Origin: a virus
Taxonomy: Duplodnaviria > Caudoviricetes
Reading direction: 5' to 3' (one strand)
Virus record (IMG/VR): IMGVR_UViG_3300009603_000019
Span: 1 to 51,939 of that record
DNA: 51,939 nucleotides
Within the stretch, counting starts at the first letter, position 1; every line of letters begins with the position of its first letter. Positions 48,024-51,939 of the stretch are shown here, one piece after another. Under the pieces are notes generated by a model. That model searched no databases. It was not told where the DNA came from and saw only the letters and a program-made list of their open reading frames with translations. A program made the position numbers and the translations under genes.

Positions 48024-51000
48024 TTATGGCTGCGTTGCTGTACTTAATGCACTTGCCGCGTTAGTCGCTACTCCTGCTGGATTACCTGTTTTTGCCGCTA
48101 CCACAGCACCTACTACATTTCCAGCAATAGCTCCGAACTTAGCCCATCCGCTGGTACGAGCCACCTGACGCTCTGGAGTAACATTGCCTCCATTAAGAAG
48201 AGCAAATATCCCCTCCAACTGACCCTCACCCTTATAGTTATCTACCCAGTTTTCTGGTATCAACCGTGTGGAAATGTTTCTATGGCTATTCATGCCAAAT
48301 TCTGTAGAGCCTAGATCTATCTCTCCATCATCAATAAAATTCATAGCCTCAGCTATCGACATTGGTCTGCCCCATATCTCCTCAAAACGGCCAGAATAAG
48401 CTTTCAATGTCCTCATTCCTTCTTCTGAAAACACATCTGTAGACTTTTTCAGGCCAGAAAATTCTGGTATAGTCATAGATGAAAACTCACGGGCATAATC
48501 TTGATTAGACGCTATTCGATCCCTACCTGCTGGAGTTATAAGATCCAATGCCCCGAATATAGTATAGTCGGCAAACTGATTCCTAACAGAATTCCAACCA
48601 CCTTCATCTCGTTTCTCTGCATTTAACCACGATTTTCTATCTTCAACAGATGGAAGTATTCCTGTTTCGGTAATATGACTCAATGAAAATGACTCGCCAT
48701 AAGATTGGGTAATTTTCTCTGCCAAAGCTCCAGCTACAAATTGTTCTAATATATCTCTTTTAATAACATCATCAACTAATCCATAATTACCTTCTATGGA
48801 ATCAAACAATCTTGGAGGAGGATTTTCCATTAAACTATCTACAATAGTAGACACGCTTCCCGCATCTGCAATTAGAACTTCTCCACTGTCTAATTTCGGT
48901 ACCATCTCTCGCGCATTCGCACTTGCTATATATCTCCTAATATTACTAGCAGCTCTATTTCTATGATCATCCCCGGTTTCATCATCAAATTTAGGATTTG
49001 CTTCCCTCCATCTACTAATCAACGCATTGTAATCACTCTCTGTTGCAACCTCTGGATCATAGCCTGACATTACTTCAACCATATTCCTTCCATGAGATTC
49101 TGTTGCCAGTTCTCTATAAACTTTTTCCCAATGAGCGGGAATGGATGATCCTATATCTGTATATTCATTTATATAACTCATAGTGTCATTAAACAATATT
49201 CTGTGACTATCATACAAGTCAATATTTGTAGCTTCCTCTTCTCTAGCTCCCATCAACCCTCCCCATACCGCATCATACTTCTCCTCTTGTAAGTCTGCCT
49301 GTTCGTTCGCTCTTAAGAATTTACTCTCTTCAAACTTATTTGCCTGTGCAATATCCTTTAATTGATTGCCAAAGGTATTGTCAAAGACTTCATTGGCTTG
49401 TCTCCAGTTTGAATTAAATGTCTCTTGTTCAGTCAAATACTCATCAGTTCCCGGCTGGAACCCGAGGGCTCTCATATACGTTTCTTTAGCTTTAGTTTCT
49501 GCCATATAGCGCAAGTCAGGATTTTCATCACCATTCTTTGCGGGGTCAGGAGATAGGGGATCATACATCTTATCATACTGGTATTTAGCATCTCTGAACC
49601 CATCATTACTCATTCCAAAGGTTTCAGATACATCACCAATACCTATATACCATGCCCTGTCAGCCTCTTGCTTTGCATTTTGAAATCTTTCTACATCCAA
49701 ATCATTCTCTTTGGAAATGGCATCATACTTATTCATACGATCAAGGTTCTGCATCACAATAGCCGTAGCTATTTGTCGGGATTCTAAAGTAGGTATTCCC
49801 GCCACAGTCAGGTCTTCACCATTTACTAACAACTCCAATTGATCTAAGGTTGGTAAGGCACCCGTAAGAGCCTGAAAGGACTGAGAGATCGTTCGACCTA
49901 CGTCTGTATCGACCAGATGCATTCCCGGCAGTTCCTTTGTCTCAGCATCGATCTCCGAAAGTGGAATGCCTAAATCGCCAAGGTTTATAATACCCTCCAT
50001 GTCTCCAGCAACGCCCGTTATGCCAGCCCATCCTTGAGCGATCTCTGCCGATAGGGAGCGAGTCTGATTGATAATATCAGAGTTCATCTTTTTCAACATG
50101 GCTGCCGTTTCCATCTCACTCAAACCATATTGTGCCGCAAACTCATTGATCTTATTCCCCAACGTCTTATTGAACTGGCGAATATTTTCATATATCTGAG
50201 TCTGCGTTATATCCAACTCCCTGCTTCGTAAGGCCAATGAATCAGTACTCTCTTTCTCCTGTGCCTGAATGCTGGCATCAAACTGTCTACCTCGCTCTTC
50301 CAAGTCCTCGGCTTCTAACCCCAACTTGTCAGTGCTAATATCAATATTGGCCAGCGAGGCAAAGGAATCGGTTAACGTAGTTACCTGTAACGCCGCATAC
50401 TCAGATTTCTTTTGACTGATGGCTAAATCTATGTCGCGTAAGCTGGTTTGATAATTACTGGCCAGATCCTCATATTGCCGCTGCTCTTGGCCACTCCCAG
50501 AAAGCCCATTGACTAGAAAATATCGGTTCGCTTCTTCCAACTGATCATCGTAATCCTCCCTAGCCTGTTCCCGCATCAACCTCTTTTCTTCATCTAGGTC
50601 ATAATTGCCAAAAGAAGTGAGGGCACTTGATAAGGCTGTTGAAAAATCTTTCCTCAAATCACTTTTGGTGAAAGCATCTGTATTTTGAAATCGCTCTAAC
50701 CCCGCTAGAAAATTAGCGACCTCAGGGGAATCTGTAAGATTCTTACCCAGCGTCTCTATCATCAATGCCACTATATCATCCGACTCAGTAGGGCTAACCG
50801 ATGAATAAGTGACATTGCTATCTGGGTCTTTGAACTCTGTCAACCATTCTGCCCCCTCCGCTCTTTCCCAAAAATCTTCCTCTGACTCTCCCGGCCTTGA
50901 GGCTATGTTATATACATCATCTTTATAAAAGGGATGACCGTAGCCGCCATACTCTGGAGTCAAATTAAAAACTTCTACCTCTTCTACCTCCTCAGACCCA

Positions 51001-51939
51001 TCCGCATTAGTCGTAACGACTTCCTGTTTTACCATTTTTCCTGCTGGAGGCGCACCCGACCCTCCAGCATTCTTGAATACCGTATACGCCTCTGTAGGAG
51101 TAGCCCCCTTTTCCAATGCCTGATGATATGCTTCCTCAGGAGACACCCTCATCTGATCGAAAATATCAAACTTGTCAAACAAAGCATTTACTGCAATCAT
51201 AGGATCAAGCTCAGTGGCAGTAACTGTACTGCCATCTCGTGCTTTTACCTCTAACTCTTTTCTTTCTACAAAGGTTAAAGGCCTGACCCGTGTTCCTTGA
51301 AAATGAGCAAAATAACCTCTCCCTATATCTGCTACCGTATTGAGAAGAGTAGAAGAATCCACATGCATATTATTGCCATCCAACCTAGCTTGAACCAAAC
51401 TGACTATTTGTTCTTCTGTCAAGGTGCCAGCCATATTATCAAACACATCATTAATCACATCACTTAAGGCTTCTGGCTCAATAAGTTGCTTGCCATCATA
51501 AAGGGCTATATGATCTTCCGTCGCCTTTGTCTGGTCATTCCTTAAGACCTCTTCTTCTAAAAGTTGTTCGTCCGTCTTGGGCGGCAGGAGCATGGCCTTT
51601 AGCCGCTCCTTCTCACCCTCTGACAGATTAGACCTTTCTATATCAAATAGAGAAGGAGCAGGTATTTCTGGATTAACTTGAGAAGCCCGTATCTTATTAG
51701 AGAAATCGTTGAATAGACCCACCCTTGCTGGATCAGCAGAAGGAATTAAAGAAGTGGGATCTACGTCTGGATCTACAGCCTTAGGAATTAAAGAAGTAGG
51801 ATCTACGTCTGGATCTACAGCCTTAGGAATTAAAGAAGTAGGATCTACATCTGGATCTACAGCCTTAGGAATTAAAGAAGTAGGATCTACATCTGGATCT
51901 ACAGCCTTAGGAATTAAAGAAGTAGGATCTATACTAGGA
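48024..51939 (-). CDS. C-terminal part of the giant internal virion protein; frame open to the window end
   Basis: The frame of 48024..51722 continues without a stop through LIPKAVDPDVDPTS repeats to 51938; acidic and helical with a C-terminal Gly/Ala hydrophobic segment. Confidence 0.85.
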   Translation of the reverse strand, partial: PSIDPTSLIPKAVDPDVDPTSLIPKAVDPDVDPTSLIPKAVDPDVDPTSLIPKAVDPDVDPTSLIPSADPARVGLFNDFSNKIRASQVNPEIPAPSLFDIERSNLSEGEKERLKAMLLPPKTDEQLLEEEVLRNDQTKATEDHIALYDGKQLIEPEALSDVINDVFDNMAGTLTEEQIVSLVQARLDGNNMHVDSSTLLNTVADIGRGYFAHFQGTRVRPLTFVERKELEVKARDGSTVTATELDPMIAVNALFDKFDIFDQMRVSPEEAYHQALEKGATPTEAYTVFKNAGGSGAPPAGKMVKQEVVTTNADGSEEVEEVEVFNLTPEYGGYGHPFYKDDVYNIASRPGESEEDFWERAEGAEWLTEFKDPDSNVTYSSVSPTESDDIVALMIETLGKNLTDSPEVANFLAGLERFQNTDAFTKSDLRKDFSTALSSALTSFGNYDLDEEKRLMREQAREDYDDQLEEANRYFLVNGLSGSGQEQRQYEDLASNYQTSLRDIDLAISQKKSEYAALQVTTLTDSFASLANIDISTDKLGLEAEDLEERGRQFDASIQAQEKESTDSLALRSRELDITQTQIYENIRQFNKTLGNKINEFAAQYGLSEMETAAMLKKMNSDIINQTRSLSAEIAQGWAGITGVAGDMEGIINLGDLGIPLSEIDAETKELPGMHLVDTDVGRTISQSFQALTGALPTLDQLELLVNGEDLTVAGIPTLESRQIATAIVMQNLDRMNKYDAISKENDLDVERFQNAKQEADRAWYIGIGDVSETFGMSNDGFRDAKYQYDKMYDPLSPDPAKNGDENPDLRYMAETKAKETYMRALGFQPGTDEYLTEQETFNSNWRQANEVFDNTFGNQLKDIAQANKFEESKFLRANEQADLQEEKYDAVWGGLMGAREEEATNIDLYDSHRILFNDTMSYINEYTDIGSSIPAHWEKVYRELATESHGRNMVEVMSGYDPEVATESDYNALISRWREANPKFDDETGDDHRNRAASNIRRYIASANAREMVPKLDSGEVLIADAGSVSTIVDSLMENPPPRLFDSIEGNYGLVDDVIKRDILEQFVAGALAEKITQSYGESFSLSHITETGILPSVEDRKSWLNAEKRDEGGWNSVRNQFADYTIFGALDLITPAGRDRIASNQDYAREFSSMTIPEFSGLKKSTDVFSEEGMRTLKAYSGRFEEIWGRPMSIAEAMNFIDDGEIDLGSTEFGMNSHRNISTRLIPENWVDNYKGEGQLEGIFALLNGGNVTPERQVARTSGWAKFGAIAGNVVGAVVAAKTGNPAGVATNAASALSTATQP
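51741..51930. repeat. 42-bp coding tandem repeat (about 4.5 copies), same as at 1-230
   Basis: Same unit sequence as at the window start. Confidence 0.95.

Larger units (their letters stand above)
1..51939. mobile_element. Tailed dsDNA bacteriophage genome (podovirus-like), near complete, probably circularly permuted
   Basis: terL, portal, capsid, adaptor, tail stabiliser, fibre, large internal proteins and endolysin are present. There are no tail tube, sheath or tape-measure genes and no host housekeeping genes. Both ends lie in the same 42-bp repeat and the same minus-strand reading frame. Confidence 0.95.

Overview
The window is a near-complete ~52 kb tailed dsDNA phage genome (podovirus-like), apparently circular and broken inside a 42-bp coding tandem repeat. 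The minus strand carries the morphogenesis arm: probable terS, terL, portal, scaffold, major capsid, three glycosyltransferases, adaptor, tail stabiliser, tail fibre with an S74 chaperone, small membrane proteins, three large internal/ejection proteins and an Hjc-like resolvase. The plus strand (25-39 kb) carries early/middle genes: GP88-like, DUF932-like, SSB-like, ParB-like, a replication-like protein and an amidase endolysin. No DNA polymerase, integrase, tRNA or canonical CRISPR array is recognisable. The standout locus is at 33.9-37.1 kb. A solitary Cas7/Csm3-like RAMP gene is followed by a sigma70-type promoter, a structured leader and a split non-coding array of about 24 units. Each unit is GAC followed by typically 4-7 NNN-YC pentamers and a short tail. 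This looks like a non-CRISPR, pentamer-coded RNA-guided system. A second notable region, 24.8-26.6 kb, holds long palindromes and a cluster of UUCG-type hairpins. All product calls come from motifs and synteny read by eye; no database searches were run.
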